A stretch of 64,000 nucleotides of DNA from Bacillota bacterium (GTDB lineage Bacteria > Bacillota > Dehalobacteriia > UBA4068), in contig JAVBKT010000002.1 in NCBI GenBank assembly GCA_031553915.1, positions 148,109 to 212,108 of the forward strand, in the 5' to 3' direction. The first letter of the stretch is position 1. Every line of letters starts with the position of its first letter. Under the pieces are notes generated by a model. The model did not search any database. It was not told where the DNA came from and saw only the letters and a program-made list of their open reading frames with translations. Shown here piece after piece: positions 18,310-27,619 of the stretch. The position numbers and the translations under genes are program-made.

Positions 18310-18489
18310 CTATTGGTTGCAAAAGCCAAATTCATGCCATAAAGCAGCTTTATCGCTAAAGGCATTATAATCATCATACCACACAATATCACCACTGTCA
18401 TCTGCCCGCTGCACCGCATTGCCACGGCTGGCTAAAGGTATTCCTTGCTGCCCGTGTTGCCTCCATGCTGCGCGGATTTTTTGTATCAT
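18310..18489 (-). CDS. Possible small protein-coding gene (59 aa) that is not in the ORF track
   Basis: Minus-strand ORF MIQKIRAAWRQHGQQGIPLASRGNAVQRADDSGDIVWYDDYNAFSDKAALWHEFGFCNQ. It is preceded by GGGAGGG with 7 nt spacing. No recognisable family. Confidence 0.25.
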   Translation of the reverse strand: MIQKIRAAWRQHGQQGIPLASRGNAVQRADDSGDIVWYDDYNAFSDKAALWHEFGFCNQ

Positions 18490-18594
18490 CTCTTAACCCT
18501 CCCAAGGCTTCACTGATAGACACTAATATTCCTGTTGCCGCATAAAATAGTATAAGAGCTATTATTACGCCTGGTCCATACGGAGGTATCTACA

Positions 18595-19413
18595 ATGCAT
18601 CTAAATAATAATTGCCATAGTGGGAAAAACCTTCACTGCTGCCAACAGCCCTGCTGTGCGGTTTTTCCGCCTTGTCCATCAGTCCCCAACACCTTTAGCG
18701 TGATCTACAACCCCAATGGCGGTATTGGTGGCGGTGCGGATTTCAATTTAATCTCCGGCTCATCCTATACAATAAAGCTGCCTGAAAGCACCGGGGTATC
18801 GCGTCCCGGTTCCCCCTTTTTGGGATGGAATACCCTGCCTGATGGCAATGGTACAGCCTATTCGCCCGGTCAGATTATTACCATCACCGGAAATTTGACC
18901 CTCTACGCGCAGTGGCTGCAAATTCCGGAGCAAACCGTATCAATAACTTATAATGCCAACGGAGGTACCGGCAGCGGTGCGGTTGATTCTAATGTGCCTT
19001 TGGGCGAAGAATATACGGTTAAGCGGCCGACAGATGTAGATATCTCACGCCAAGGCTTCACCTTTATCACTTGGAGTACCGCAGCTGACGGCAGCGGCGA
19101 TAACTATGCCCCGGGTCAGGTTATTGTACCAACAGCAGACATGACCCTCTATGCACAGTGGGAGGCGCAGCCAATACCAGCAGTGATCACCTATAATGCC
19201 AACGGAGGAACCGGCGGCTCTGCTGATTCTGCCGTGGTCAATGAGGAATATACCTTCAAAAGACCGGCGGACGCCAATGTATCACGCCAGAGTGCGTCCT
19301 TTATCACCTGGAGTACCGTAGCAGACGGCAGCGGCACAAACTATGCTCCAGGCGAGGTTATTACTGTCAGCGGTGATCTCACGGTATATGCTATCTGGCA
19401 GATTGATCAATAA
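18595..19413 (+). CDS. Protein with a Cys-rich N-terminus and three tandem Flg_new (Listeria-Bacteroides repeat) domains
   Basis: 272 aa. N-terminal MHLNNNCHSGKNLHCCQQPCCAVFPPCP with no signal peptide. Three ~80 aa repeats follow, each of the form ITYNANGGTG...YT.K.P...SR.G..FI.W.T..DGSG.NYAPG..I.....LTLYAQW. RBS GGAGGT with 8 nt spacing. Confidence 0.8.
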   Translation: MHLNNNCHSGKNLHCCQQPCCAVFPPCPSVPNTFSVIYNPNGGIGGGADFNLISGSSYTIKLPESTGVSRPGSPFLGWNTLPDGNGTAYSPGQIITITGNLTLYAQWLQIPEQTVSITYNANGGTGSGAVDSNVPLGEEYTVKRPTDVDISRQGFTFITWSTAADGSGDNYAPGQVIVPTADMTLYAQWEAQPIPAVITYNANGGTGGSADSAVVNEEYTFKRPADANVSRQSASFITWSTVADGSGTNYAPGEVITVSGDLTVYAIWQIDQ

Positions 19414-19446
19414 CCAGCATTATTAAACCTGATACCAGAAAGATAT

Positions 19447-19480
19447 AACCCCTTGAGATTAAAGCCTCAAGGGGTTGGCT
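19447..19480. terminator. Hairpin terminator between the convergent Flg_new gene and histidine kinase gene
   Basis: Inverted repeat AACCCCTTGAG-N8-CTCAAGGGGTT. The flanking U-runs are weak. Confidence 0.4.
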
Positions 19481-19542
19481 ATAAGTAAAATTATAAAATT
19501 TGCCAAAGAGCGCAAAAACAATCCTGTTCTAATCTGAGCATT

Positions 19543-21783
19543 TTAGTCTTTGCTGGTATAGTGCTTGATCATGCCCATAGCCCGGTCAAGCTCAAACGGT
19601 TTACCAAGATGGTCGTTCATGCCGGCAGCCAGGCAACGCTCAACATCCTCTTTGAAGACATTTGCTGTCATCGCCACAATAGGGATTCTTTGTGCCTGCG
19701 GATGCGGCAGGCTGCGGATGATCCGCGTTGCCTCCAGGCCGTCCATCCCTGGCATTTGAATGTCCATCATAATGATCTGATATGTATCCGGATTCTCCTC
19801 AAACATGGCTACCGCCTCATTACCGTCGCAAGCAATATCAATGTGGATGCCGGTACCCTCCAGCAAGGCGAGCAATATCTGTTGGTTGATCTCAATATCC
19901 TCTGCCAGCAGCATATTTATATTAGAAAAATCCGGTATTGTTTCGTCTGTCTCTTCCTGCGGCGGGTTCGCTGCCTCGTCCGTAGGACTTGTTTCTTTTG
20001 CTTCCGCCAGGCCCAGGCATATCTCGATGAAGAACTCAGAGCCTTGCCCGGGCTCGGATTCTACCCACATCCGGCCTCCCATTTCTTCTACCAGGCTTTT
20101 TGCTATAGGCAAGCCCAGGCCGGTGCCGCCAAATTTTCTGGCGATGCTGCCGTCCGCCTGCTCAAAAGCATTGAAGATACGGGTTATTTGCTCCTTGTCG
20201 ATGCCAATGCCGTTATCAGAAACCGAAATCCTCAGGCGGGCCTTACCATCTACGGCTTCAACCTGATCCGCCTTAATCTGCACGCTGCCTCCCTCGGCGG
20301 TAAATTTTATCGCATTGGACAAAAGATTAGTAAGCACCTGCGATACCCTGAGCTCATCGCCGATATAATCCGTCTCCAGGTTCTCCCCAAAGATAATATC
20401 AAAGCGGATATTTTTCTTTTCAGCAGCCGTGATAATAAGCCCCTTAACATTGTCCAGCATTTGCTCAAAGTTGAAAAGCCCATGTTCCAGATTGATTTTA
20501 CCGGATTCAATTTTTGATATATCCAGGATATCGTTGATAATTTCCAGCAGCTGCTCTGACGAGGATTCAATGCTCCGGAGACATTGAGCCGTCTTTTCCG
20601 GGCTGTCAGTAGTAAGCCCTATATAGGTCATGCCAATGATGGCATTCATCGGCGTGCGTATTTCATGACTCATATTGGAGAGGAAATTGGTCTTGGCCCT
20701 GTTGGCTTCCTCAGCCTCTTCCTTGGCCCTAAGCAGGTTTGCCTCTGCCTCCAGCCTGTTGAAAAACGAGGCGTATACGCCTGTCAACAAAATGGCAAGC
20801 TGAATATCGCTATCCGACCAAGCAGATGAGCCGGCATGAATAAACTCAATAACACCCCAAAATTTGTTCTCGGTGTATACCGGCACAGAGAGCTTTGTGG
20901 TTTCCGCCTGCCGGGATTCATCAAAGGTCAGTTTTTCTATCTGGAATTTGTCATAATAATATTTCCCCGCCTTAAAACTAATCGGTATTTCCGGTGAACG
21001 GCTCAGCTGCCCGCCATGCCATTCATACCTGGGCAACAGGCTCTGCCCCTCCTCATCAACCTCCCAAAAGACAAGCCGGTCACAGCTCAGAAAGGAGGCT
21101 GTCAAATCCATTGATTGGCGTATCATATCCTCATCGTTTTGCAGATTAAGAAACATCTGGGATATTTCTGCAAACGTTTCATTTTTGGCTGTCAGCTCTT
21201 TTAGCACATTTTTGGTGGTTTCATGGCCTCTGCGCAGCGCGCCGATAATATAAACGGACAGTATTGACATCGCAGTCAGGGTAAGCGTCAGCGCCACCAA
21301 GAGGTCGGTGAATTTGGCCAGCTCGTTGCCATGCGGTACAATCAATTCCGGATGCAAATACTGCAAAAAGCAAACTGCGATAAGTATAAGGATATTGCCT
21401 GCTATCAGCAGATTGCGGGTTTTATTTTCAAAAGCGACCGAGATGATAAAAATACCGATGACGGAAAACATCAGCGCTGTGCCGTCATATCCGGCTGTCT
21501 GTGTAAAGAGGAAAGGGATATAGATAAAGGTTACCAAAATCACGATCGGTCTGAAAAAGATAAGCTGCAGTCTGTTCGGAAAAAACAAAAACAAGGTCAT
21601 CACGCCAATAAATACCCATTGAAAGACAATGCCCATGAGCCCCTTTTGCAGAAGGGTGTTAGTGATAGCGGACAGTATGGATATAAAATAGGCAATGATG
21701 ACAAAAATCATCGTGATCCGATATTCCATTGACTGGGACGTATTAAAAGATTTTTTCTTTATGTGGTCAATAATTTTCTTCAT
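19543..21783 (-). CDS. Hybrid sensor histidine kinase/response regulator with a 7TM sensor, GAF-like domain, HisKA, HATPase_c and REC
   Basis: Start moved to [10 protein letters not shown], where the ATG at 21781-21783 follows GGGAGGGGGGG. Seven or more TM helices, then a GAF-like segment, the H-box [14 protein letters not shown], the ATPase region NAIKFT...DNGIGI...GGTGLGL, and a C-terminal REC ([11 protein letters not shown]...[11 protein letters not shown]). Confidence 0.85.
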   Translation of the reverse strand: MKKIIDHIKKKSFNTSQSMEYRITMIFVIIAYFISILSAITNTLLQKGLMGIVFQWVFIGVMTLFLFFPNRLQLIFFRPIVILVTFIYIPFLFTQTAGYDGTALMFSVIGIFIISVAFENKTRNLLIAGNILILIAVCFLQYLHPELIVPHGNELAKFTDLLVALTLTLTAMSILSVYIIGALRRGHETTKNVLKELTAKNETFAEISQMFLNLQNDEDMIRQSMDLTASFLSCDRLVFWEVDEEGQSLLPRYEWHGGQLSRSPEIPISFKAGKYYYDKFQIEKLTFDESRQAETTKLSVPVYTENKFWGVIEFIHAGSSAWSDSDIQLAILLTGVYASFFNRLEAEANLLRAKEEAEEANRAKTNFLSNMSHEIRTPMNAIIGMTYIGLTTDSPEKTAQCLRSIESSSEQLLEIINDILDISKIESGKINLEHGLFNFEQMLDNVKGLIITAAEKKNIRFDIIFGENLETDYIGDELRVSQVLTNLLSNAIKFTAEGGSVQIKADQVEAVDGKARLRISVSDNGIGIDKEQITRIFNAFEQADGSIARKFGGTGLGLPIAKSLVEEMGGRMWVESEPGQGSEFFIEICLGLAEAKETSPTDEAANPPQEETDETIPDFSNINMLLAEDIEINQQILLALLEGTGIHIDIACDGNEAVAMFEENPDTYQIIMMDIQMPGMDGLEATRIIRSLPHPQAQRIPIVAMTANVFKEDVERCLAAGMNDHLGKPFELDRAMGMIKHYTSKD

Positions 21784-22001
21784 AATACCCCCCTCCCTGA
21801 GTCTATCGCCACGGTAATTATTGTAAGCTGATAATAATTTACCATATTGAGCCGTACTTTTCAATAAAATATCTAAAATTGTTCTTACTTCAAAAAAGAG
21901 AATGTCCGGATAGGACACTAAAATCCCATACGAACATTCCGATAAGCAACACTAGGATTATCTCTTTTAGCAGGGAATCATCGGCCCACACTGCGCTCTA
22001 C

Positions 22002-22547
22002 TTAGAGTGCAGTGCCTTTTTTCGGGACAAATAAATTTGACATATCCACGCCTTCTAATTCAAGCAATTTTATCTTCATGGAGATACCACCGGCAAACCC
22101 GGTCAAGCTGCCATTGGAACCCACCACCCGGTGACAAGGGACAATGATAGAGATTGGATTGTGTCCGACAGCTCCGCCTACTGCCTGGCTGGACATGCTT
22201 TTCCTGCCCATTTTCTCCGCCATCTTTTTGGCAATGCTGCCATAGGTAATCACTTCGCCATAAGGGATTTCACGCAGGATACTCCATACCCCTTGACGAA
22301 ACTGACCGCCAATGGGAGCCAGTGGCAATTCGAAAATGTCGGGGTTTTCGCCCGCAAAATATCTGTCCAGCCATTTTTTGGTCGTCTCAAATAGCGAGAT
22401 ATCATTCTTCTCTGTAATTGCTTCTGATATGGTGTCTCCGTGATATTTTTGTCCCTCAGTCCACAGGCCGACAAGGTTTTGACCGTCATTGTCACAGGCC
22501 AGAGTAATAAGGCCTAGCGGCGACGGGTAGGTTGTCTGATAATACAT
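22002..22547 (-). CDS. ogt: Methylated-DNA--protein-cysteine methyltransferase
   Basis: 181 aa from MYYQTTYPSP. Active site IVPCHRVV. RBS AGGAGGAAAG. Start lies 12 nt after the ada-alkA stop. Confidence 0.85.
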   Translation of the reverse strand: MYYQTTYPSPLGLITLACDNDGQNLVGLWTEGQKYHGDTISEAITEKNDISLFETTKKWLDRYFAGENPDIFELPLAPIGGQFRQGVWSILREIPYGEVITYGSIAKKMAEKMGRKSMSSQAVGGAVGHNPISIIVPCHRVVGSNGSLTGFAGGISMKIKLLELEGVDMSNLFVPKKGTAL

Positions 22548-22558
22548 TTTCTTTCCTC

Positions 22559-24016
22559 CTATAATGTGTTCCACAGATTGATGGTGGCATAGCTGCGCCA
22601 AGGCCGCCACGCTTCCGCCATCGCCAATAACTCTTTTGCTGAATAATTGGGGAGCGCCTTTTTCACACCGGCATCTGTTTCCAAAAAAGCATCCGGCCAT
22701 TCCATTGTCCGCATCGCAATATACTGCGCCGTCCAGTTGCCAATGCCACGAATGGACTTCAGCTTTTTCATTTCCTCCTCCGGGTCAGCGGGTAATTCAA
22801 GATTAATATTGCCCTGCTGAAGCGCCAGCGCCAGTTCATAAATCGTTTTAGCCCGCGCTGCGATCACACCCAAGGAGCCAAGGTCATTTTCAATTGAGCC
22901 GGACAAAGCAAGAATATCTTGGGGTAAGGGAAAAAGATGCGTTAAGCCTTCAATCCCGGTTTGAATCGGCGTGCCAAATCTATCAATCACCCGGGCCGCT
23001 AATGTACTGGCCGCTTTTACGGTGATTTGTTGGCCAAGCACTGCCCGTACGGCCATTTCAAAAGCGTTGAAACAACCCGGTAAGCGGGTGCCCAGCACAG
23101 ATAAACCCGGGCGCAGCTCATTCATAGAAGAAAGCGCATCATACACTGTGTACGGAGCGCAGTGCAAATCAAACAAATGCCGCACCTTTGCCAACACCTG
23201 TGGCAATACCGGTAGCAGTGTTTCGCTCACTGTAACATTTAGGGCGTTTTTTTGTCTGTTGTGGCTTACCCTCAGCCAACCGCGTATTTGTTTTCCTTCT
23301 GCAGTTGCTAATTGCACTGTACGCATATATGCGCCGTTTTCCACTACCTCAATTCCGCTAAGGGCTCGTCCAGCCAGAAAACAAAGCATCTCCTCCCACC
23401 GATATGGCGGTCGATAACCTAAAGCCAGGGTAATATCACCATGCTGCTTTATTTCTGCATTTTTTTTCCGCAGAGCCGTTGGCGAAAGCTTGTAGTGCTC
23501 TTTAAACAGGTCGTTGAAACGACGCAAACTACCAAACCCGGCTGCCATTGCCACATCCAGTACTGACAAGGCTGTATCTGTAAGCAGATTTTTAGCCAGG
23601 AGCAGCCTGCATGTTTGTAAATATTGCACCGGCGATACATGATATTCTGCTGCGAACACCCGCCGTAAATGCCGGTCAGTACAGCCAAGCCGTCCGGCCA
23701 GCTCAGCCAAATTCTGCCCGCTGCCACAGTTTTGCTCCAGCATTCTCGCTGCCCGATATGCCAGATCGGTGGTAGCGTCGGTAATAGAAGTGCCCGGCGC
23801 CAGCTCTGGGCGGCACAAAAGACAAGGACGGTATCCGGCTTGTTCCGCTTCGGCAGCGCTACGATAAAAAGTGCAGTTTTCAGCTTTGGGCTGCTTGGCC
23901 CGGCACACTGGGCGGCAATAGATGCCTGTTGATGATATCGCCACAAAGAAACGCCCGTCAAAGCGCGCGTCTTTTGCTTTGAATGCCGCATATAATCCAA
24001 GATCATTCTCTGACAT
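22559..24016 (-). CDS. Bifunctional Ada N-domain/AraC regulator fused to DNA-3-methyladenine glycosylase II (AdaA-AlkA fusion)
   Basis: 485 aa. Ada_Zn_binding Cys cluster (YCRPVCRAK...PCLLC), AraC-type HTH, then the AlkA N-domain and HhH-GPD glycosylase region. Confidence 0.85.
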   Translation of the reverse strand: MSENDLGLYAAFKAKDARFDGRFFVAISSTGIYCRPVCRAKQPKAENCTFYRSAAEAEQAGYRPCLLCRPELAPGTSITDATTDLAYRAARMLEQNCGSGQNLAELAGRLGCTDRHLRRVFAAEYHVSPVQYLQTCRLLLAKNLLTDTALSVLDVAMAAGFGSLRRFNDLFKEHYKLSPTALRKKNAEIKQHGDITLALGYRPPYRWEEMLCFLAGRALSGIEVVENGAYMRTVQLATAEGKQIRGWLRVSHNRQKNALNVTVSETLLPVLPQVLAKVRHLFDLHCAPYTVYDALSSMNELRPGLSVLGTRLPGCFNAFEMAVRAVLGQQITVKAASTLAARVIDRFGTPIQTGIEGLTHLFPLPQDILALSGSIENDLGSLGVIAARAKTIYELALALQQGNINLELPADPEEEMKKLKSIRGIGNWTAQYIAMRTMEWPDAFLETDAGVKKALPNYSAKELLAMAEAWRPWRSYATINLWNTL

Positions 24017-24214
24017 CTTTGCACCTCCTTACTCAGATGCGACTCAATTAAGCGCCTTTGGCGCCGGGTGCTCCCGGGCAGCCGTTAAGAGTCTTTGATT
24101 TCGTCAATAAGTGAGGCTATTATATCATTGCCACTTACATAATGCCAGCTGTTTTCGGACATGGTTTTTTCTTATTAAACGACATTTGCTCAGCCTTTTG
24201 CTAACAAAAGCTGA

Positions 24215-24826
24215 TTACTTGGCTATGTTTTTTATGAATTCAATAAAGCCGAGCTTGAAAAAATTATAGTTATTTTCAATATAGTCATCCGGATAAGCTT
24301 CTAATGCGGTTAAAACCTCTTTTGTAAATTCCAGATATGCTGTTCCATTTGCGGTGATTAAATTGCCATCCCTGACAGCTTGTTCGTTTTGATAATCGTT
24401 TTGACCATAATAGTTTTCTTGCGCTGCTTCCATTAAACCATCAAGAGTATTGCTTGTGTGCTTTTTACCGTTCAGCAAACCATTCATTCCCAGAAAAACG
24501 GTAGCGTCGCATATTGCTCCAACAATCTTGCCATCTGAAAAAGCCTGTTTCAGTAAAGGAATGATTTTCTTTGCTTTTTCCGTCCGCCAAGTATTGCCTC
24601 CTATTAGGATAAGCCCAGAGTAATCACTAGGACAATCCTCAATAGAATAATCGGGCAGCACAGTGAAGCCGCCAATAGATGTTATAGGATTTTTACTGAC
24701 AGATATAGTTTTGACTTCATAAGGAGATTGTTTATCCTCTATTCTACCCTGCAATGCAGCTGCTAAAAAAGGATATTCATAATCTGCAAACTCCTCTAAT
24801 ATGACGAAAAGCACTTGTTTTTTCAT
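24215..24826 (-). CDS. DJ-1/PfpI family protein
   Basis: 203 aa. DJ-1/PfpI fold motifs (LILIGGNTW, GKIVGAICDATVFL). Confidence 0.7.
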   Translation of the reverse strand: MKKQVLFVILEEFADYEYPFLAAALQGRIEDKQSPYEVKTISVSKNPITSIGGFTVLPDYSIEDCPSDYSGLILIGGNTWRTEKAKKIIPLLKQAFSDGKIVGAICDATVFLGMNGLLNGKKHTSNTLDGLMEAAQENYYGQNDYQNEQAVRDGNLITANGTAYLEFTKEVLTALEAYPDDYIENNYNFFKLGFIEFIKNIAK

Positions 24827-24922
24827 TGCTCAATTCACCTTTCTCTACTTGATCGTTCCCGCCTAGTGTTACTGCGTTAATCTTTTTATCTAATTTAGTT
24901 TAGTTTAAAAGATGAACAACCG

Positions 24923-25759
24923 CTAATTAGAATATAGTTCATTCAACTGCTCTTTTGTGTCAACAAGGTGCTGCCCACCCATAACAATGAAGATTTTATC
25001 ATACAAATCCTTCTTCTCTTGTATAAGTTCAATCAGCCATATATTTCTGAAATTATAAACATCATTGTATATAGGATAAAGAACGCCGCCTTCCCTATTG
25101 AAAACATAATTCACCTTTTTGATATCAACATCTCGCCAGTTATCGGCATTCACAGGCTCCGGCAAAAAGGCATTAACCGTGTTTAGGATATCCTCTAGTG
25201 TCTCGCCTTGATAATTCAATCCGTTGTCTTTTAGATATTGTGTTTCGCTAAGCAAATACTCATCAAAATCCCACTGGGAATTATCAGGCGCCCATTGTTG
25301 CGAAGATATTTGCCGAATTAGATACATGGCCAGAATCTCCCCTGGGGCATATTTGGATTGCAGATATTCTATTTGCTTGTCAAAGGGCGGCTCAATATCT
25401 TCCACCGCGATGCCATTCTGTTTTGCAAGATATGTTGCGAAGGCGGATTCGCCCGCGTAAATCGCGCTATCCCGGTCACCCTCAAAGGTATCAAAGCCGC
25501 CTTCAACCAGGACCAAATCCGGGTTAAATTCTGTGAGTGCATTTTCTATCCGCTGGAACATAGGGGCGTTCGGGTCATTCGAGTGACGGACATCGAACCA
25601 ATATAGCTCTTTTTTGTCAGCGACAAGATAAAGGTCGTTCCCGCCAAAAATATCATATAACTTACTCTTACCGGATGAAGTGAACAAAAAATAGTACACT
25701 GTACCAGCCAGTAAAACAATTGCGGCGCATATGAGTATCAAAATCCGTTTCTTTTTCAT
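24923..25759 (-). CDS. Membrane-anchored hypothetical protein, possibly TraB/GumN family
   Basis: 278 aa. N-terminal TM helix. LYLVADKKELYWFDVRHSND and the C-terminal VMGGQHLVD resemble the TraB/GumN GxxH motif. The family call is tentative. Confidence 0.35.
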   Translation of the reverse strand: MKKKRILILICAAIVLLAGTVYYFLFTSSGKSKLYDIFGGNDLYLVADKKELYWFDVRHSNDPNAPMFQRIENALTEFNPDLVLVEGGFDTFEGDRDSAIYAGESAFATYLAKQNGIAVEDIEPPFDKQIEYLQSKYAPGEILAMYLIRQISSQQWAPDNSQWDFDEYLLSETQYLKDNGLNYQGETLEDILNTVNAFLPEPVNADNWRDVDIKKVNYVFNREGGVLYPIYNDVYNFRNIWLIELIQEKKDLYDKIFIVMGGQHLVDTKEQLNELYSN

Positions 25760-25839
25760 TTTTCCTCCAACTGCTTCGTTAACCTTTTCCGCCTATTGCT
25801 AATTATATCATAAGTGGCAAGCTCTCGGACGAGCGGTTT

Positions 25840-26199
25840 ATGATGGTTACAAAGCGATATGACGATGAACAGCTTGCCCTAAAAAAGAAAATCTCCGCCA
25901 CACAAGCGGAGATTGACGCAGAGGAAAAGCACAAGCACAGTGCCGCCAGTTTTCTGCGGACGGTAAAAAGATACACTGACATACAGGAGCTTACGCCGCT
26001 GATCCTCAATGAGCTTGTGGAAAAAATCGTTGTCCATCAAGCGCAGGGAGTGGGCAAGAACAGAACGCAGGAGCTTGAAATCCACTACAATTTCATCGGC
26101 AAACTTGACACGCCGGAGGTTGCTTGTCTCCCGCAAAGCATTACAGTTGACACCCGGCAAGGTGTGGCTGTTGAGTATATCACACGCAAGGCCGGATAA
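25840..26199 (+). pseudogene. C-terminal fragment (coiled coil + DUF4368) of a large serine recombinase, a remnant of an integrative element
   Basis: The 119 aa ORF matches the conserved large-serine-recombinase C-terminus (RYTDIQELTPLILNELVEKIVVHQAQGVGKNRTQELEIHYNFIG). There is no catalytic or recombinase domain upstream. The reading frame begins right after an in-frame stop. Confidence 0.55.
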
Positions 26200-26270
26200 A
26201 ACGAAAATAGGAGCAACCTTTCGGTTACTCCTATCTACGGAATGTTCAGTGTCCTTATGAACATTCGACA

Positions 26271-26357
26271 TGGTGCGGGTGACAGGACTTGAACCTGCAC
26301 AGAGCAATCTCCACTAGAACCTGAATCTAGCGCGTCTGCCAATTCCGCCACACCCGC
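26271..26357 (-). tRNA. tRNA-Leu (anticodon CAG)
   Basis: The reverse complement gives GCGGGTGTGGCGGAATTGGCAGACGCGCTAGATTCAGGTTCTAGTGGAGATTGCTCTGTGCAGGTTCAAGTCCTGTCACCCGCACCA. Features are a 7 bp acceptor stem, anticodon loop TTCAGGT, a long variable arm, a GTTCAAGTCC T-loop, and an encoded CCA. Confidence 0.85.
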
Positions 26358-26440
26358 AGGGCAATGTGGCAAATAACCACGTTGATTAATATACCACATC
26401 GAAAACAAAAAAGCAAGCAAAATCAATACTTAAACGCAAA

Positions 26441-27097
26441 TCATTGCGCCTGATCTATCTCTTCTTCACCCTCAGCATTTTCATTGACGTCGCCAGCTTC
26501 CTCATTAGCTTTGGCTGCCTCTTCCGCTGCTGCTGCCTCGCGCCGATCCCGCATCAGCTGCAAATATTCGTCCTCAGTCATGGTGATGGTAAACGAATTT
26601 ATCATTTCGGCAATACTGTCACTATATTGGCTATAAATATCCTCAGCAGAGACAACCACCATATAGTGGCGTATGGTAATAAAAGGCTGGTAGGCATAAA
26701 TATCTACTGCTATCTTTTTGCCTTCTTTATCTGTGCCGGTGAGCCAAACCCAAAAATATTTGGTGCCATTATTATCCTCAACCACCTTGTAATTATTGAA
26801 CAGCTCTTCGCCAAGCTTGACTGTAAACTGATCTTTAATTTCCCGCATCGAATAATAATCAATACCACCCAGCTCTGTGGTAATGGAAAAGGCTATATCA
26901 GCATCCGGTGCAACAAAGGAAACCTGCTCCGGGCTGTTCTTGGTTTGCTGCCAACCAATCGGTACCATTAAATCATAACCATTCTCGCTGCTATATAGCT
27001 CTGTGGGTAAATCAATACTCTCTTTACCCAAATCAATACTACAACCGCCAAGCACCATAATTGCTATCAATAATAAAGCCGTTAACGTTTTTTTCAT
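26441..27097 (-). CDS. Hypothetical lipoprotein with an acidic C-terminal tail
   Basis: Signal peptide with lipobox LGGCS. No recognisable domain. Acidic EEAAKANEEAGD... C-terminus. Confidence 0.55.
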   Translation of the reverse strand: MKKTLTALLLIAIMVLGGCSIDLGKESIDLPTELYSSENGYDLMVPIGWQQTKNSPEQVSFVAPDADIAFSITTELGGIDYYSMREIKDQFTVKLGEELFNNYKVVEDNNGTKYFWVWLTGTDKEGKKIAVDIYAYQPFITIRHYMVVVSAEDIYSQYSDSIAEMINSFTITMTEDEYLQLMRDRREAAAAEEAAKANEEAGDVNENAEGEEEIDQAQ

Positions 27098-27139
27098 CGG
27101 GAAATAGTTCTCCTTGTTTTGGATAATTTATTTGGCCAA

Positions 27140-27619
27140 TTAATAGCCCTTATGCGTCAAATAGGCATCCAGCATTTCCATTGCCTTGTCAATAGTTTGC
27201 TCGCGGACTTGAGCGCGGTCGCCGTTAAAGAAATTCTTGCTTAAAATGACATTATCTTTATCGGCCAAAGCCACAAAAACCAGGCCCACCAGTTTGTCTT
27301 CTGTGGCGCCGCCAGGCCCGGCAATGCCGGTAGTGGCCAGGGCAATTTCATTGCCCGAAACCTGCAAAGCGCCGCTCGCCATAAATCCGGCAGTCTCTTT
27401 GCTGACTGCGCCATAGCGGTCGAGAATCTCCTCCGGCACTCCCAAAACCTTGGTTTTGGTATCATTGCCATAGCAGACAAAACCCCAGCCAAAAACATCA
27501 GATGCGCCGGGAACATCAGTAAAAGCCCCGGCCAGTAAGCCTCCGGTGCAGGATTCGGCAATGGCAATATGCCAGCTGGCTTTTCTCAGGCGGTCAATTA
27601 ATCCCGCTACCTCTCTCAT
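27140..27619 (-). CDS. pncC: CinA C-terminal domain protein / nicotinamide-nucleotide amidohydrolase PncC (stand-alone)
   Basis: 159 aa. IAIAESCTGGLLAGAFTDVPGAS and ATTGIAGPGG motifs of the CinA-C family. Confidence 0.85.
   Translation of the reverse strand: MREVAGLIDRLRKASWHIAIAESCTGGLLAGAFTDVPGASDVFGWGFVCYGNDTKTKVLGVPEEILDRYGAVSKETAGFMASGALQVSGNEIALATTGIAGPGGATEDKLVGLVFVALADKDNVILSKNFFNGDRAQVREQTIDKAMEMLDAYLTHKGY

Noticed and set aside
18690-19413. Possible DNA-level tandem repeat or CRISPR-like array inside the Flg_new gene
   Set aside because: The repeats are ~246 bp protein-domain repeats with about 60% identity, not short direct repeats with spacers. This is a protein-domain triplication.
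21784-21918. N-terminal 45 aa extension of the histidine kinase ORF in the track
   Set aside because: The extension has no RBS. The internal ATG at 21781-21783 follows GGGAGGGGGGG and begins a typical MKK... N-terminus, so the start was moved there.
21987-22022. Plus-strand hairpin + T8 that overlaps the ogt stop codon and looks like a terminator
   Set aside because: No plus-strand gene ends here. The hairpin is more likely coincidental structure at the 3' end of the minus-strand ogt gene, whose terminator lacks a U-run, so it was not called as a feature.
23449-24024. 191 aa minus-strand ORF overlapping ada-alkA in another frame
   Set aside because: Alternative-frame ORF inside a confidently assigned gene.
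26358-26440. Possible tRNA-Leu promoter (TATATT about 35 nt upstream)
   Set aside because: No convincing -35 element could be identified by eye, so it was not listed as a feature.
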